A stretch of DNA of 64,000 nt, from NCBI GenBank assembly GCA_963828165.1, contig CAWHDR010000001.1:1632001-1696000 (forward strand), written 5' to 3'. Made by a program: the position numbers and the translations under genes. Positions 39,176 to 50,884 of the stretch are shown piece after piece (the first letter of the stretch is position 1; each line of letters opens with the position of its first letter). This DNA is from an uncultured Chloroflexia bacterium (GTDB lineage Bacteria > Chloroflexota > Limnocylindria > Limnocylindrales > CSP1-4). The notes under the pieces were generated by a model that made no database searches, had not been told where the DNA came from, and saw nothing but the letters and a program-made list of their open reading frames with translations.

Positions 39176-40165
39176 TCATCGGTCGGTGGCGGCCGCGAAG
39201 ATGGCTTCGATGACACGCAAGTTGGCAACCGCGTCGGCCGGGTCGAAGGGCAGCGGCGTTCCGTCGAGGATGGCCTCCGCGAACACGTCTGCCTCCACCC
39301 CATACGGGTCGGCCGCGGGGAACTCGATGACCTCGGTCGCGGGAGCGACGGGTGGGTCGCCGCCGGCCGTCAGGAAGATCTGGGTCGGACGGTCGGGCGG
39401 GATGTTGAACGGGATGCCGATCGAGATCCGGCCAGCCGTGCCGTAGATATCGACCCGCTGGTCGGTCTCGAGCCGCGTTCCGCAGGTGAACGTCGCGGTG
39501 CCCTGGGCGAAGTCGAGGATCGCGCTCGTCCGGATGTCGACACCGGCCGCCGAGTCGCGTTCGATCGACGCCCTCACCCGGGTCGGCTCGCCTCCGAACA
39601 GCAGGCGAGAAAGGTTCACGTTGTAGCAGCCGATGTCGTACAGGGCCCCGCCCCCGAACTCTCGGATGTTGCGGATGTTCAGCGGATCCTCGTTGAAATA
39701 CGAGAACCAGCTGTCGACGGCGCTCAGTCGACCGATCCGGCCGGAAGCCACGAGATCGCGTACCGCGACCCAGGATGGATGGAGGCGATACATGAACGCC
39801 TCCATGAGCACCACGCCTGCCGCATCACAGGCAGCCGCCATCCGCTCGGCGTCCGCAGCCGTCATCGCCAGTGGCTTCTCGCAGAGGACGTGCTTGCCTG
39901 CCCGTGCGGCCGCGATCGTCCAGTCCGCGTGGAGGTGGTTCGGCAGCGGGATGTAGACGGCGTCGACATCGGAGTCCTCGAGGAGCGCTTCGTAGGAACC
40001 GTGGGCGCGCGGGATGCCGAGGAGGTCGGCCACGGCCCGTGCCCGGGCACCGTCTCGCGACGCGATGGCCACGACCTCGACGCGGGCGGCCCGGCGCATG
40101 CCGGGGATGACCTTCCGGACCGCGATGTCGGCCGTCGACAGGATGCCGATCCGCAGCTTGCTCAT
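39176..40165 (-). CDS. Gfo/Idh/MocA family oxidoreductase
   Basis: GILSTADIA, YIPLPNHLH, HVLCEKP, EAFMYR.HP, GGGALYDIGCY. Confidence 0.92.
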   Translation of the reverse strand: MSKLRIGILSTADIAVRKVIPGMRRAARVEVVAIASRDGARARAVADLLGIPRAHGSYEALLEDSDVDAVYIPLPNHLHADWTIAAARAGKHVLCEKPLAMTAADAERMAAACDAAGVVLMEAFMYRLHPSWVAVRDLVASGRIGRLSAVDSWFSYFNEDPLNIRNIREFGGGALYDIGCYNVNLSRLLFGGEPTRVRASIERDSAAGVDIRTSAILDFAQGTATFTCGTRLETDQRVDIYGTAGRISIGIPFNIPPDRPTQIFLTAGGDPPVAPATEVIEFPAADPYGVEADVFAEAILDGTPLPFDPADAVANLRVIEAIFAAATDR

Positions 40166-40201
40166 CGTCGCTCCAAACCCACTGCGCCGTGGTCCTCCGT
40201 C

Positions 40202-40261
40202 TTGACATGTCCGCGTGGTTGTACGAGTCTCGCACAGACATTTGAGAAAGAGGAACACAAA
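40202..40261. promoter_or_regulatory. Divergent promoter region with TTGACA and two XylR-type operator candidates
   Basis: TTGACA 40202-40207; GTTGTAC-N7-GCACAGA 40218-40238; TTTGAGA-N7-ACACAAA 40241-40261; both resemble the perfect site at 48062. Confidence 0.6.
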
Positions 40262-40263
40262 CC

Positions 40264-41499
40264 TTGCTGAGTGGTCGCGACGAGCTCGGACATCGCAGCG
40301 AAACGGTCCGTCGTGCGAACCTGAGCGCCATCGTCCGGGAGCTCCATGAGAGTGGCCCCATGTCGCGATCCGACCTCGTCACGCGCACCGGCTTGACTCG
40401 TAGTGCGATCCGCGGCCTCATCGGCGAGCTGGTCGGCGGCGACCTGGCCAGCGAGAGCCCGGCCGCACTCGACGGCACGCCGGGGAGGCCATCGCCCGTC
40501 GTCCGCCCCGATCCCACCGGCGCGATCGTGCTCGCGTTCGAGATCGCGGTCAATTCGCTGGCGGCGGCCGCGGTCGGGCTGGGCGGACGCCCGCTGGAGC
40601 TCCTTCGGATCGATCTTCCGCGCGGGCGCTCGAGCGTCGACGACATCACGGCGGCGCTCGCCCAGCTGGCCGCCACGATCCGCGAACGACTGCCGCGGAC
40701 CGCGACCCTCGTGGGAGCCGGGACGGCGGTCGTCGGCGTGATCCGTCGGAGCGACGGGATGGTGTCGATGGCGCCGAACCTCGGCTGGCGCGACGAGCCG
40801 CTCGGTGACCGATTGACCCGGGCGCTGGATCTGCCGGTCCCGATCGCCTTCGCCAACGAGTCCGATCTCGCCGTACTCGCGGAGCACCGGCGCGGGGCCG
40901 CGCGCGGCGTCGACGACGTCCTTCTCGTATGGGGGTCGGTGGGCGTCGGGGGCGGGCTCATCGTCGACGGCGCGCCGCTGACCGGTTCGGCCGGCTACAG
41001 CGGCGAGGTCGGCCATATCCCGGTCAACCCGGACGGCCTGCCATGCCGTTGTGGCTCGACCGGATGCTGGGAGACGGAGGTCGGCTCGAGCGCGCTCCTG
41101 CGCCGGGCCGGTCGGCCGCCGGAAGGCGGTCACGAAGCCGTGGACGCCGTCCTCGCAGCGGCCGAGGCCGGGGAACCGACCGCACTCGCCGCGTTCGCAG
41201 AGACGGGCCGCTGGTTGGGCATCGGGCTGGCCGGCGCGATCAACGTCCTCAATCCCGATCTGGTCCTGCTCGGCGGCCGGCTGGCCCCGAGCTACCCCTT
41301 CGTTCGACTGACCCTCGAGGCCGAGCTTGATCGACGCGTCCTGCGCGCCTCGCGCCGACTGGTCCGTGTCGTCCCCGCCACGCTCGGCGAGGATGCTCCG
41401 TTGCTCGGGGCAGCGGAGCTCGCCTTCGAACCGTTGCTCGCCGATCCCGCGGCCTGGCTGCGCCCCCGCTACGCCCTGGCCGCCCTGGCAAGCGCCTGA
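40264..41499 (+). CDS. xylR: ROK family transcriptional repressor (XylR-like)
   Basis: N-terminal HTH SRSDL...GRP, APNLGW, GEVGH, CRCGSTGCWE. Confidence 0.88.
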   Translation: MLSGRDELGHRSETVRRANLSAIVRELHESGPMSRSDLVTRTGLTRSAIRGLIGELVGGDLASESPAALDGTPGRPSPVVRPDPTGAIVLAFEIAVNSLAAAAVGLGGRPLELLRIDLPRGRSSVDDITAALAQLAATIRERLPRTATLVGAGTAVVGVIRRSDGMVSMAPNLGWRDEPLGDRLTRALDLPVPIAFANESDLAVLAEHRRGAARGVDDVLLVWGSVGVGGGLIVDGAPLTGSAGYSGEVGHIPVNPDGLPCRCGSTGCWETEVGSSALLRRAGRPPEGGHEAVDAVLAAAEAGEPTALAAFAETGRWLGIGLAGAINVLNPDLVLLGGRLAPSYPFVRLTLEAELDRRVLRASRRLVRVVPATLGEDAPLLGAAELAFEPLLADPAAWLRPRYALAALASA

Positions 41500-41652
41500 G
41501 CCACCGACAGCAGAGAGGAGGAGCCGATCGCATCCGACCGGGGAGGTCGGAGCCTGAACGACGGTCGTAAGAGCGGGGATGACAGCGTGATAGCCTTCGA
41601 GTCCGACCTCGGGTCGCTCGGGAAGCTACGCCACCTAGGAGGAGAGTCAGCG

Positions 41653-42882
41653 ATGTCTATTCGTCGGACGACGGCGTTCCTGAGCGTCGTCTTCGTGCTT
41701 GCCGCGTGCACCACGGGAGGCGGTGCCACGACGGCCCCGTCAGCGCCCCCGAGTCAGCCGGCCGCCAGCGCGCCGGCCGCCAGCGCGCCGGCCTCGGCCG
41801 CTGCGTGCACCGTGGGCGTGTCCTGGAACAACTTCCAGCAGCCGCGCTGGGCCGCGCACGACGAGCCCGGTATCAAGGAGACGGTCGAGGCAGGCGGTGG
41901 CACCTACATCAGTGCCGACGCCAACCTGAGCACCGAGCAGCAGCTCACGGACGTCACGACCATGCTGTCGCAGGGCGCGAACGTGCTGATCATCCTCGCC
42001 CAGGACACGACCGTCATCGGCCCCGCCGTCCAGGCGGCCAAGGACGCCGGCGTCCCGGTCATCGCCTATGACCGCCTGATCGAGGATCCCGAGGTCCTGT
42101 ACATCACGTTCGACAACGTCGGCGTCGGCAAGGCCGAGGCCGAGGCGATCCTCGGGGAGGTCCCGACCGGCAACTACGTCCTGATCAAGGGCGATCCGGG
42201 GGACCCGAACGCCTCGACCTTCCTGCCCGCGGGCTGGGACGAAGCCGGTCTCAAGACCAAGGTCGATGCCGGCGAGATCACGATCCTCAACGGGCCCGCA
42301 GCGGGTGCCGGAGAGTGGCCGAAGGACTACGGGACCTACACGGATGCGTGGGCGACCGAGACGGCCCAGGCCAACATGGAAGCGATCATCGACAAGGCCG
42401 TCGCCGACGGCACGCCGATCAATGCGGTGCTGGCGGAGAACGACAGCACGGCCCTCGGTGTCGCCGCTGCCCTGACCGGCAAGAACTACGATCCGTACCC
42501 GCCCGTCAGCGGTCAGGACGGCGATCCCGCCAACCTGAACAACGTGGCGAAGGGTCTCCAGTTCGTCGACGTCTGGAAGAACGCCAACGAGCTCGGCAAG
42601 GCCGCCGGTGCAGCCGCCCTGGCCCTTTGCGCCGGTGGCGACATGGCCACCCTGACCCTGCAGGATGGCCTCATCGACCCAACGGTCGCTCCGACCGCTG
42701 GCCTTACCGCCCAGGCGTTCGAGACGCCGGGTGGCAGCAGCGTCAGCTCGTTCATCCTCCAGCCGACCCCGTTGACGGCGGAGAACCTGCAGCTGGCCAT
42801 CGACGGTGGCCAGGTCACCAAGGAGCAGTTGTGCGCCGGCGTCGATGCAGCGGCCGCGACCGCACCGGAAGCCTGCAAGTAA
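41653..42882 (+). CDS. xylF: D-xylose ABC transporter substrate-binding lipoprotein
   Basis: Lipobox LAAC, VSWNNFQQPRW, IAYDRLI, ITFDN..VG, KGDPGDPNA, SGQDGD, VWK. Confidence 0.88.
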   Translation: MSIRRTTAFLSVVFVLAACTTGGGATTAPSAPPSQPAASAPAASAPASAAACTVGVSWNNFQQPRWAAHDEPGIKETVEAGGGTYISADANLSTEQQLTDVTTMLSQGANVLIILAQDTTVIGPAVQAAKDAGVPVIAYDRLIEDPEVLYITFDNVGVGKAEAEAILGEVPTGNYVLIKGDPGDPNASTFLPAGWDEAGLKTKVDAGEITILNGPAAGAGEWPKDYGTYTDAWATETAQANMEAIIDKAVADGTPINAVLAENDSTALGVAAALTGKNYDPYPPVSGQDGDPANLNNVAKGLQFVDVWKNANELGKAAGAAALALCAGGDMATLTLQDGLIDPTVAPTAGLTAQAFETPGGSSVSSFILQPTPLTAENLQLAIDGGQVTKEQLCAGVDAAAATAPEACK

Positions 42883-42917
42883 CGCTCGATCGCCCGAGCT
42901 AGTCAGCCTTCGAGAAC

Positions 42918-42944
42918 CTGCGCCCCCGGACCCCGGGGGCGCAG
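42918..42944 (+). terminator. Intercistronic stem-loop after xylF
   Basis: CTGCGCCCCCGG-ACC-CCGGGGGCGCAG followed by ATCTTC. Confidence 0.7.
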
Positions 42945-42970
42945 ATCTTCACCGGACCAGGAGAGCCGTC

Positions 42971-44296
42971 GTGACGAACGTGGCCGACGCGGCACCCGTT
43001 CCCGGACAGGCCGAGCCGCCCGCGCGTCCATCGATCCGCGGCCTGCTCGCCCAGACGGAGATCGACCTGCGGCTGTTCGGCATGGTGCTCGCCCTGGGGG
43101 TGATCCTGCTGGCCTTCCACGTCGCGAGCGGCGGGAAGCTGATCCAGCCGAACAACATGATCACCCTGGCCGTCCAGGCGTCCGGCATCGCGATCATCGC
43201 GACCGGGATGGTGATGATCATCGTCTCGCGCAACATCGACCTGTCGGTCGGATCCGTCGTTGGCGTCATCGCGATGAGCTATGCCCTGCTCATGACGGAC
43301 TGGTTCCCGAACATCCTCGGGCTCAGTCCCGACACGCCGTTCGTGTGGGCGCTCGCCTTGGCGATCGGCATCGGGATCGGCGCGGCGATCGGGGCGCTCC
43401 AGGGATTCATCATCGCCTACATCGGCGTGCCATCGTTCATCGTCACGCTCGGCGGCCTGCTGACCATCCGGGGCCTCATCTGGTACCAGTCACAGGGGGC
43501 GGCGGTGAACGGGCTCGATCCGACCTTCCTGCTGATCGGCGGGGGGGCACAGGGGTCGATCGGCGAAGTCCTGACCTGGGGGCTCGCCCTTGTCGGTTGT
43601 CTCGCGATCGTCGCGTTGCTCATCAACGGCCGGCGCCAGCGGCGCCGGTACGGGTTCCCGGTCCGGCCGATGTGGGCCGAGATCGCACTGGCCGTTGTCG
43701 GCTGCGTCGCCGTCCTGGGCATCTCGTGGTTCGCGAACAGCAACTTCTGGCCGCAGGGCCTCGCCAACCGGGTCGCCCTGGAGCAAGGCTGGGGGCCGGC
43801 GCCCGCGGGCGGCTGGCGGATCCCGACCGGGTTCCCGCTCCCGATCGTCCTGGTCATCGGGGTCACCCTCGTGATGACCTGGATCGCCACCCGTCGGCGG
43901 TTCGGGCGGTACGTCTACGCCTATGGCGGCAATCCCGACGCCGCTGAGCTGGCCGGCATCAACACCCGACTGACGATCCTCAAGACCTACGTCCTGATGG
44001 GCATGCTGTGCGCCCTGGCTGCCGCGATCGTATCGGCTCGGCTCAACGGCTCGACCCTCGACATCGGCCAGAGCTACGAGCTGTACGTCATCGCGGCGGC
44101 GGTCGTCGGCGGCACCTCCTTCGCGGGCGGCATCGGGACGATCCCGGGCGCCGTGCTCGGCGCCTTCGTCATGCAGTCGCTGGCCTACGGCTTGAGCTTC
44201 ATCGGCGTCAATTCCCCCGGCCAGAATGTCGTCGCCGGCCTCGTCCTGATCGTCGCTGTCGGCCTCGACACGATCAACCGTCGACGGGCCCGCTGA
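42971..44296 (+). CDS. xylH: D-xylose ABC transporter permease
   Basis: [53 protein letters not shown]. Confidence 0.88.
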   Translation: MTNVADAAPVPGQAEPPARPSIRGLLAQTEIDLRLFGMVLALGVILLAFHVASGGKLIQPNNMITLAVQASGIAIIATGMVMIIVSRNIDLSVGSVVGVIAMSYALLMTDWFPNILGLSPDTPFVWALALAIGIGIGAAIGALQGFIIAYIGVPSFIVTLGGLLTIRGLIWYQSQGAAVNGLDPTFLLIGGGAQGSIGEVLTWGLALVGCLAIVALLINGRRQRRRYGFPVRPMWAEIALAVVGCVAVLGISWFANSNFWPQGLANRVALEQGWGPAPAGGWRIPTGFPLPIVLVIGVTLVMTWIATRRRFGRYVYAYGGNPDAAELAGINTRLTILKTYVLMGMLCALAAAIVSARLNGSTLDIGQSYELYVIAAAVVGGTSFAGGIGTIPGAVLGAFVMQSLAYGLSFIGVNSPGQNVVAGLVLIVAVGLDTINRRRAR

Positions 44297-44316
44297 GCGG
44301 TGAGGAGGGCTGTCGG

Positions 44317-45111
<795 letters not shown>

Positions 45112-45141
45112 GCGGCGGACGACTCAGGGTAGCCCGAGGCG

Positions 45142-46629
45142 TCAGCCGATCCGGTGGAACGTCGGCGCGAGGGCTGGGTACAGGTCGCGGTACAGCGCGT
45201 GCGCCTCGGCATAACGGTCGGCATCGACGCCCGGTGTGGCAGCCGGTGTGGCGCGGACCCACGCGTCGCCAGCCCCTTCGACCGACGTGAACCAGCCGCC
45301 GCCGACTGCGGCCAGGACGCCCGCGCCATAGGCCGCGCCCTCGGTCGTGCTGACCGTTGCGATCTCGGCTCGGAGCACGTCGGCGAGGATCTGACGCCAG
45401 AGCGGACTCGCCGTCCCACCACCTGAGGCCCGGACCTGATCCGGGGCCGGCATCCCGGCGGCGATCATCTGGTCCAGCCCGTCGCGTAGCCCGAACGCGA
45501 CGCCCTCCAGCACGGCTCGCGTCAGGTGGCGCCGGTCGTGACCGGCGGTCAGCCCGACGAACGCACCACGAGCCAGCGGGTCGGAGTGGGGGCTGCGCTC
45601 ACCGGTCAGGTAGGGCAGGAAGAACAGGCCGTCCGCGCCGGGGGGCACGCTCCCCGCGGCGGCCGTCAGTCGCTCGAAGGTCTCGCCGGGCGCCAGCGCG
45701 TCACGGAACCAGCGCAGGCTGCCGGCGGCCGACAGCATCACCGTCATCATGTGCCACCGGCCGGGCACCGCGTGGCAGAACGCGTGGACCCCCCCGGCCG
45801 GGTCGTGCAGCGGCGTCTCCGTCGTCGCGAACACGACCCCCGACGTCCCGAGCGACAACGCCACGACCGCCGGCACGACCGCGCCGACACCGACGGCGTT
45901 CGCCGCCTGATCGCCGGCCCCGGCGACGACCGGCGTACCGGCACGCAATCCGCTCGCCGTGGCGGCGGCCGCGGAGACGACCCCCGTGACCGTGGGGCCC
46001 TCGTACGTCGGCGGCAGCCACGCGGCGTCGATCCGAAGCGCCGCGAGCACCTCGGACGACCAGTCCCGCGTCGCGAGATCGAACAGCAGCGTCCCCGAGC
46101 CGTCCGCCTTGTCGATGGCATATTCGCCGGTCAACCGGAACCGGACGTAGTCCTTGGGCAGCAGCACGTGCCGCACGCGGGCCCAGACGTCCGGCTCGTG
46201 GTCCCGGACCCAGACGAGCTTGGGGGCCGTGAACCCGGTGAGCGCGTCGTTGCCCGTGATGGTGATGAGGCGCTCTGGCCCCACCGCCCGGCGGATCTCG
46301 TCGCACGCGTCGGCCGTTCGCTGATCGTTCCACAGGATCGCCGGCCGGAGCACGGCCCCGGCCGAGTCGAGCAACACCGCACCGTGCATCTGTCCGGTCA
46401 ATCCGACCGCGGCCACGTCGTCGCCAGCGATCCTGGCTTCTGCCAGGGCCGATCGGATGGCCGCCACGGTCCCATCCCACCACAGTCCGGGGTCCTGCTC
46501 ACTCCAGCGAGGTTGCGGGATCTCGTAGCCGTACTCGGACACCCCGACTGCGACGACGGCACCCGCCTGGTCGATGACGACCGCCTTCGTCGCGGTCGTC
46601 GAGATGTCGAGTCCGATGACGAACGCCAT
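45142..46629 (-). CDS. xylB: Xylulokinase
   Basis: GLDISTTATK, TGQMHG, ILWNDQRT, FTAPK, GAGDQAA, PYLTGERSPH. Confidence 0.95.
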   Translation of the reverse strand: MAFVIGLDISTTATKAVVIDQAGAVVAVGVSEYGYEIPQPRWSEQDPGLWWDGTVAAIRSALAEARIAGDDVAAVGLTGQMHGAVLLDSAGAVLRPAILWNDQRTADACDEIRRAVGPERLITITGNDALTGFTAPKLVWVRDHEPDVWARVRHVLLPKDYVRFRLTGEYAIDKADGSGTLLFDLATRDWSSEVLAALRIDAAWLPPTYEGPTVTGVVSAAAATASGLRAGTPVVAGAGDQAANAVGVGAVVPAVVALSLGTSGVVFATTETPLHDPAGGVHAFCHAVPGRWHMMTVMLSAAGSLRWFRDALAPGETFERLTAAAGSVPPGADGLFFLPYLTGERSPHSDPLARGAFVGLTAGHDRRHLTRAVLEGVAFGLRDGLDQMIAAGMPAPDQVRASGGGTASPLWRQILADVLRAEIATVSTTEGAAYGAGVLAAVGGGWFTSVEGAGDAWVRATPAATPGVDADRYAEAHALYRDLYPALAPTFHRIG

Positions 46630-46634
46630 CGATC

Positions 46635-47972
46635 TCAGCGGTCGGCCGACCAGATCGCCCGATTGACCACGTTCTCGAGCGCCTCCTGGCTGCCGGATGT
46701 GCGACGTGGCGCGCTGGACACGTCGGCTACGCGCGCCTCGAGGTCCGCGAGGCTCAGGGTGCCGCCGAGGATCGCGGTCCCCAACTCGCCGTCCCAGCCC
46801 GAATAGCGCTGGTCCTTGCGCTCCGCGAGCTCTCCGGTCTCGATGAGGTCTGCGGCGATGAGCAGAGCCCGCGCGAGCGTGTCAAGGCCGCCGATGTGGG
46901 CGTGGAACAGGTCCGTGCGATCGATGCTCTGGCGGCGCAGCTTCGCATCGAAATTGAAGCCTCCCGGCGCGATCCCCCCGGCGCGGAGGATCTCGTAGAT
47001 CGGCAGGACGAGGTCTTCGACCGAGTTCGGGAACTGGTCGGTGTCCCAGCCGTTCTGGGGATCGCCGCGGTTGGCATCGATGCTGCCGAGGATGTCCAGT
47101 GCGGCCGCGAGGGCGACCTCGTGATGAAAGCTGTGGCCGGCGAGCGTGGCGTGGTTGGCCTCGATGTTGACCTTGTATTCGCCGTCGAGGCCGTGGCGGA
47201 CGAGGAAGCCATGGACGGTCGCGACGTCGTAGTCGTACTGATGCTTGGTGGGTTCCATCGGCTTGGGCTCGATGAGGAGCTGGCCGCCGAAGCCGATCCG
47301 ATGCTTGTGCTCGGCGACGAGGTGCAGGAATTGGGCGAACTGATCCCCCTCGCGCCGGAGGTCGGTGTTCAGCAGGGTGTCGTAGCCCTCGCGGCCGCCC
47401 CATAGCACGTAGTTCTCGCCGCCGAGCCGCTGGGTGACCTCGAGCATGTGCTTGACCTGTGCCGCGGCGAACGCGAACACCTCGGGATCCGGGTTCGTGG
47501 CCGCGCCAGCCTGGTAGCGCGGGTGGGTGAACAGGTTCGCCGTCCCCCACAGCAATCGAACGCCGGTCTGCTCCTGGTACGCGGCGGCATCGTCGGTCAG
47601 GGCATCGAGGTTCGCGCGAAAGGACGAGAACGTGTCGCCCTCGGGCGCCACGTCGCGATCGTGGAAGCAGTAGTAGGGCGTGCCGAGCTTCGTGAAGAAC
47701 TCGAACGCGACGGCCATCTTCCGACGTGCCGCCTCCATCTCGTCACCCGAGTCGCTGAGCCATGGCCGGTCGAGCGTCCCGACGCCGAACATGTCGACCC
47801 CAGGCCAGGCGAACGAGTGCCAGAAGCACACGCCGGGCCGGAGGTGGTCCTCCATCCGCGTTCCCAGGACGAGGCGGTCCGGCTCATAGACCTTGAAGGC
47901 GAGCGGTTCGGTCGATCCGAGTCCCTCGAATCGGATGGGTGCCGACACCTCGCCGAAGAATGGTTCCGCCAC
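46635..47972 (-). CDS. xylA: Xylose isomerase (class II)
   Basis: [53 protein letters not shown]; SD AGGAGG before GTG 47972. Confidence 0.97.
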   Translation of the reverse strand: MAEPFFGEVSAPIRFEGLGSTEPLAFKVYEPDRLVLGTRMEDHLRPGVCFWHSFAWPGVDMFGVGTLDRPWLSDSGDEMEAARRKMAVAFEFFTKLGTPYYCFHDRDVAPEGDTFSSFRANLDALTDDAAAYQEQTGVRLLWGTANLFTHPRYQAGAATNPDPEVFAFAAAQVKHMLEVTQRLGGENYVLWGGREGYDTLLNTDLRREGDQFAQFLHLVAEHKHRIGFGGQLLIEPKPMEPTKHQYDYDVATVHGFLVRHGLDGEYKVNIEANHATLAGHSFHHEVALAAALDILGSIDANRGDPQNGWDTDQFPNSVEDLVLPIYEILRAGGIAPGGFNFDAKLRRQSIDRTDLFHAHIGGLDTLARALLIAADLIETGELAERKDQRYSGWDGELGTAILGGTLSLADLEARVADVSSAPRRTSGSQEALENVVNRAIWSADR

Positions 47973-48061
47973 GCGCGATGCCTCCTGCTGCTGCGTCCGT
48001 CGGCGATCCAGTCCGGCCGGTCCGCGCTCCCGATTCGCAGTCCGCAATGTATCACTCGGTA

Positions 48062-48082
48062 TTTGTACGAGCGAAGTACAAA
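48062..48082. promoter_or_regulatory. XylR-type operator upstream of xylA
   Basis: Perfect inverted repeat TTTGTAC-N7-GTACAAA, AT-rich in a GC-rich genome. Confidence 0.75.
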
Positions 48083-48137
48083 CGTTCGCCGTCGGGCTGT
48101 GGCGCCCGGTCGGGAGCCCCGGTGTAGCATCGGCGGC

Positions 48138-49400
48138 GTGAACGACGACGATCCACGACGCGACCAGCACACCCGAGCCCGCGGGTTCTCGACGCGGGCG
48201 ATCCGAGCCGCGTCGCGCACGCCGCGGGTGGACCAGCGCTCATCGAGCGTGCCGATCTACCAGTCCGCGACGTTCACCAGTGCCGATGCGCGGGAGCTGG
48301 GGGACATCACGGCCGATCCGCGCTCCGGGTACTCGTACTCGCGAATCTCCAACCCGACGACCTCGGCGCTTGGCTCCGCCTACGCCGAGCTGGCCTCGGG
48401 CGAGGCCGGCATCGCGTTCGCCTCCGGCATGGGGGCCATCCATGCCGCCCTTGCCTCCCAGCTGAAGGCCGGCGACCGGGTCGTGGCGCCGCTGGCTGTC
48501 TACGGCTCCACGCGGACGCAGCTCATCGAAACCTTCGCGCGATTCGGCGTGCAGGTCGACTTCGTCGATATGACCGACAACGCCGCCGCCGCGGCCGCGA
48601 TCGCCGCGTCGCCGACGCGCGTCGTCTACGCCGAGACGATCGCCAACCCGACCACCGTCGTGACCGACCATGGAACGGTCGCCCGCCTCGCGCATGAGCA
48701 CGGCGCGACCTACATCGTCGACAACACGTTCGCCTCGCCGTACATCTGCCGGCCGTTGGAGCTTGGGGCGGATCTCGTCGTCGAATCGGCGACCAAATTC
48801 CTGTCCGGGCACAGCGACGTGATCGCCGGCGTCGTCGCGGGCCGCGCCGATCTCATGCGGCAGGTCCAGAAGGTCCAGATCGACACCGGGGCGACGATCG
48901 GTCCCTTCGACGCCTTCCTCGTCCTGCGCGGGATCATGACCCTGGCGGTCCGCGTCGAACGCCACGCCCGAACGGCGGCGGCACTCGCGGGCTGGCTCGA
49001 ACGTCAGGACGGCGTGCAACGAGTCCTCTACCCCGGTCTCCCGAGCCACCCGCAGCACGACGCCGCCATGCGCCAGTTCCGGCCGGGCGTCGCGGGCGGG
49101 ATGCTCGCGGTCGAGGTGGCCGGCGGGCGCGAGGCGGGCCGCGCGATCATCGATGCGCTGACGCTGACCGAGCTCACCGCTTCCCTCGGGAGCGTCCACA
49201 CGATGGTCGTCCACCCACCGTCGACGTCCCAGCGCCAGATGTCCGACGCCGAGCTTGCCGACGCCGGCATCACGCCCGGCTTGCTGCGCATCTCGGTCGG
49301 CCTCGAGGACCTCGACGATCTCCAGGACGACTTCGCGGCCGCGTTGGCGGTCGCGCGTGACGTGGCCGGAGCGGTCGAGCAGCCCGCCGTCGGCGTCTAG
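48138..49400 (+). CDS. PLP-dependent transsulfuration enzyme (Cys/Met metabolism family: MetZ/MetB/methionine gamma-lyase-like)
   Basis: [56 protein letters not shown]. Confidence 0.92.
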   Translation: MNDDDPRRDQHTRARGFSTRAIRAASRTPRVDQRSSSVPIYQSATFTSADARELGDITADPRSGYSYSRISNPTTSALGSAYAELASGEAGIAFASGMGAIHAALASQLKAGDRVVAPLAVYGSTRTQLIETFARFGVQVDFVDMTDNAAAAAAIAASPTRVVYAETIANPTTVVTDHGTVARLAHEHGATYIVDNTFASPYICRPLELGADLVVESATKFLSGHSDVIAGVVAGRADLMRQVQKVQIDTGATIGPFDAFLVLRGIMTLAVRVERHARTAAALAGWLERQDGVQRVLYPGLPSHPQHDAAMRQFRPGVAGGMLAVEVAGGREAGRAIIDALTLTELTASLGSVHTMVVHPPSTSQRQMSDAELADAGITPGLLRISVGLEDLDDLQDDFAAALAVARDVAGAVEQPAVGV

Positions 49401-49412
49401 GGACCTCACATC

Positions 49413-50852
49413 GTGGCGTCTCCGGCCGCTGTTCGCGCGGCCCCCGCCACTGGCTCGCCGACCAACCCGCTGGCCCAGCTCGGGCAGGGTTTGTGGAAAC
49501 TCCTGACCTCCGTCGACTTCGCCGTCGTCCAAATCATCTTCCTGTCGATCCTCGCGGTCATCGGCATGACCCTCCAGCAGCTGCCCGACTTCGCGTTCCG
49601 CTCGCCCGGCGACTACGCCACGGCGATGGACGAGATCCGCGCCCGTTACGACCCGGTCGTCGGCCCGGCAACGGTCGGCGTGCTCGAGCGACTGGGTGCC
49701 TTCGCGATCTTCAAGTCCGCCATCTTCGGGATGGCCCTGGTCGTGCTGGTGGTATCGATCGTCGTCTGCACCCTCGATCGGACGCCTCGGTTGTGGCGGG
49801 ATGTGTCGTCGATCCGCGTCGCCCAGCCGGAACCCTTCTTCGACCCGAGCCTGCCGGATCGCGCGGCGATGTCGGGGGTCGGTGCGTCCGATGTCGCGCG
49901 TGTCGTGCGTGGGCGTGGGTTCCGGGTGCGCGAAGCCACCGACGCGGATGGCACGCGCCACGTCTACGGCGATCGCCACCAGTACACGAAGATGGCGACG
50001 CTGTTCACCCACCTCGGCCTGATCCTGTTCCTCGTCGCGGCGGCGGTGACCTCGCGGTTCGGGGATGAGCAGGGCTTGGTGGTCCCGGAAGGGGAGGCCC
50101 TGACCGTCCAGCCGATCGGCACGCCGGGCCTGCTGCTCGTGAAGAACCTGGGTTTCGAGGCGCCCGGCTTCGAGACCGGCATGCCGTCCGATTTCACGAC
50201 GGACCTGGCCGTGTTCCAGGACGGCCAGGAGATCGCCCGCAAGACGATCCGGGTCAACGACCCGCTCGCCATCGGTGGCTACACGTTCCACCAGAACGGC
50301 TTCGGGCCGGCACCACACCTCGTGATCCGCGACGCCACGGGCAAGCCGCTGTGGGACGCCCAGGTCCCCATGACCGACTCGGCAGCGGGCTCGCCGTACG
50401 TGACGATGGCCGTCCCAGGACGGGACTTCGGCCTGCAGCTGCTCCTGACCCGCGACGACGAGGGCCGGGGCGTCGTTTTGGTCCTCCCGTATCGGATCCT
50501 GGGCGAGGGGACCGACGGCCCGATCGTGCAGAACCTCACGGCCGTGACCCTCCTACGCGGGGACACGCGGGTGTCGGACGAGCTCGGCGTGTCGCTCGAG
50601 CTGACCGACTTCGGCGAGTACACCCTGCTCATCGCCAAGCGCGACCCGGGGCAGGGCATCGTCTGGCTGGCGTTCGCGTCGCTGATCACCGGGATCGCCA
50701 TCACGTTCTATCTGCCGCGGCGGCGCATCTGGGCGCGCATCAAGCCAGATGGTCAGGTCGGCCTCGTCTGGCGCGCGGACCGATACGTCGACGCGGAGCG
50801 TGAGTTCGGACGGCTGCTCGACGACCTCGTGGCGGCGCGACGACGTAGCTGA
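49413..50852 (+). CDS. resB: Cytochrome c biogenesis protein ResB/Ccs1
   Basis: Three N-terminal TMs, conserved THLGLIL histidine, IRVNDPL..GGYTFHQ, RDPG...RRRIW. Confidence 0.88.
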   Translation: MASPAAVRAAPATGSPTNPLAQLGQGLWKLLTSVDFAVVQIIFLSILAVIGMTLQQLPDFAFRSPGDYATAMDEIRARYDPVVGPATVGVLERLGAFAIFKSAIFGMALVVLVVSIVVCTLDRTPRLWRDVSSIRVAQPEPFFDPSLPDRAAMSGVGASDVARVVRGRGFRVREATDADGTRHVYGDRHQYTKMATLFTHLGLILFLVAAAVTSRFGDEQGLVVPEGEALTVQPIGTPGLLLVKNLGFEAPGFETGMPSDFTTDLAVFQDGQEIARKTIRVNDPLAIGGYTFHQNGFGPAPHLVIRDATGKPLWDAQVPMTDSAAGSPYVTMAVPGRDFGLQLLLTRDDEGRGVVLVLPYRILGEGTDGPIVQNLTAVTLLRGDTRVSDELGVSLELTDFGEYTLLIAKRDPGQGIVWLAFASLITGIAITFYLPRRRIWARIKPDGQVGLVWRADRYVDAEREFGRLLDDLVAARRRS

Positions 50853-50884
50853 CCACCCGGTCAGCGCGTAGCCTTCAGGGACGC

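Noticed and set aside
47973-48137. SAM riboswitch upstream of the transsulfuration gene
   Set aside because: No SAM-I/II/IV consensus, and the gene appears leaderless
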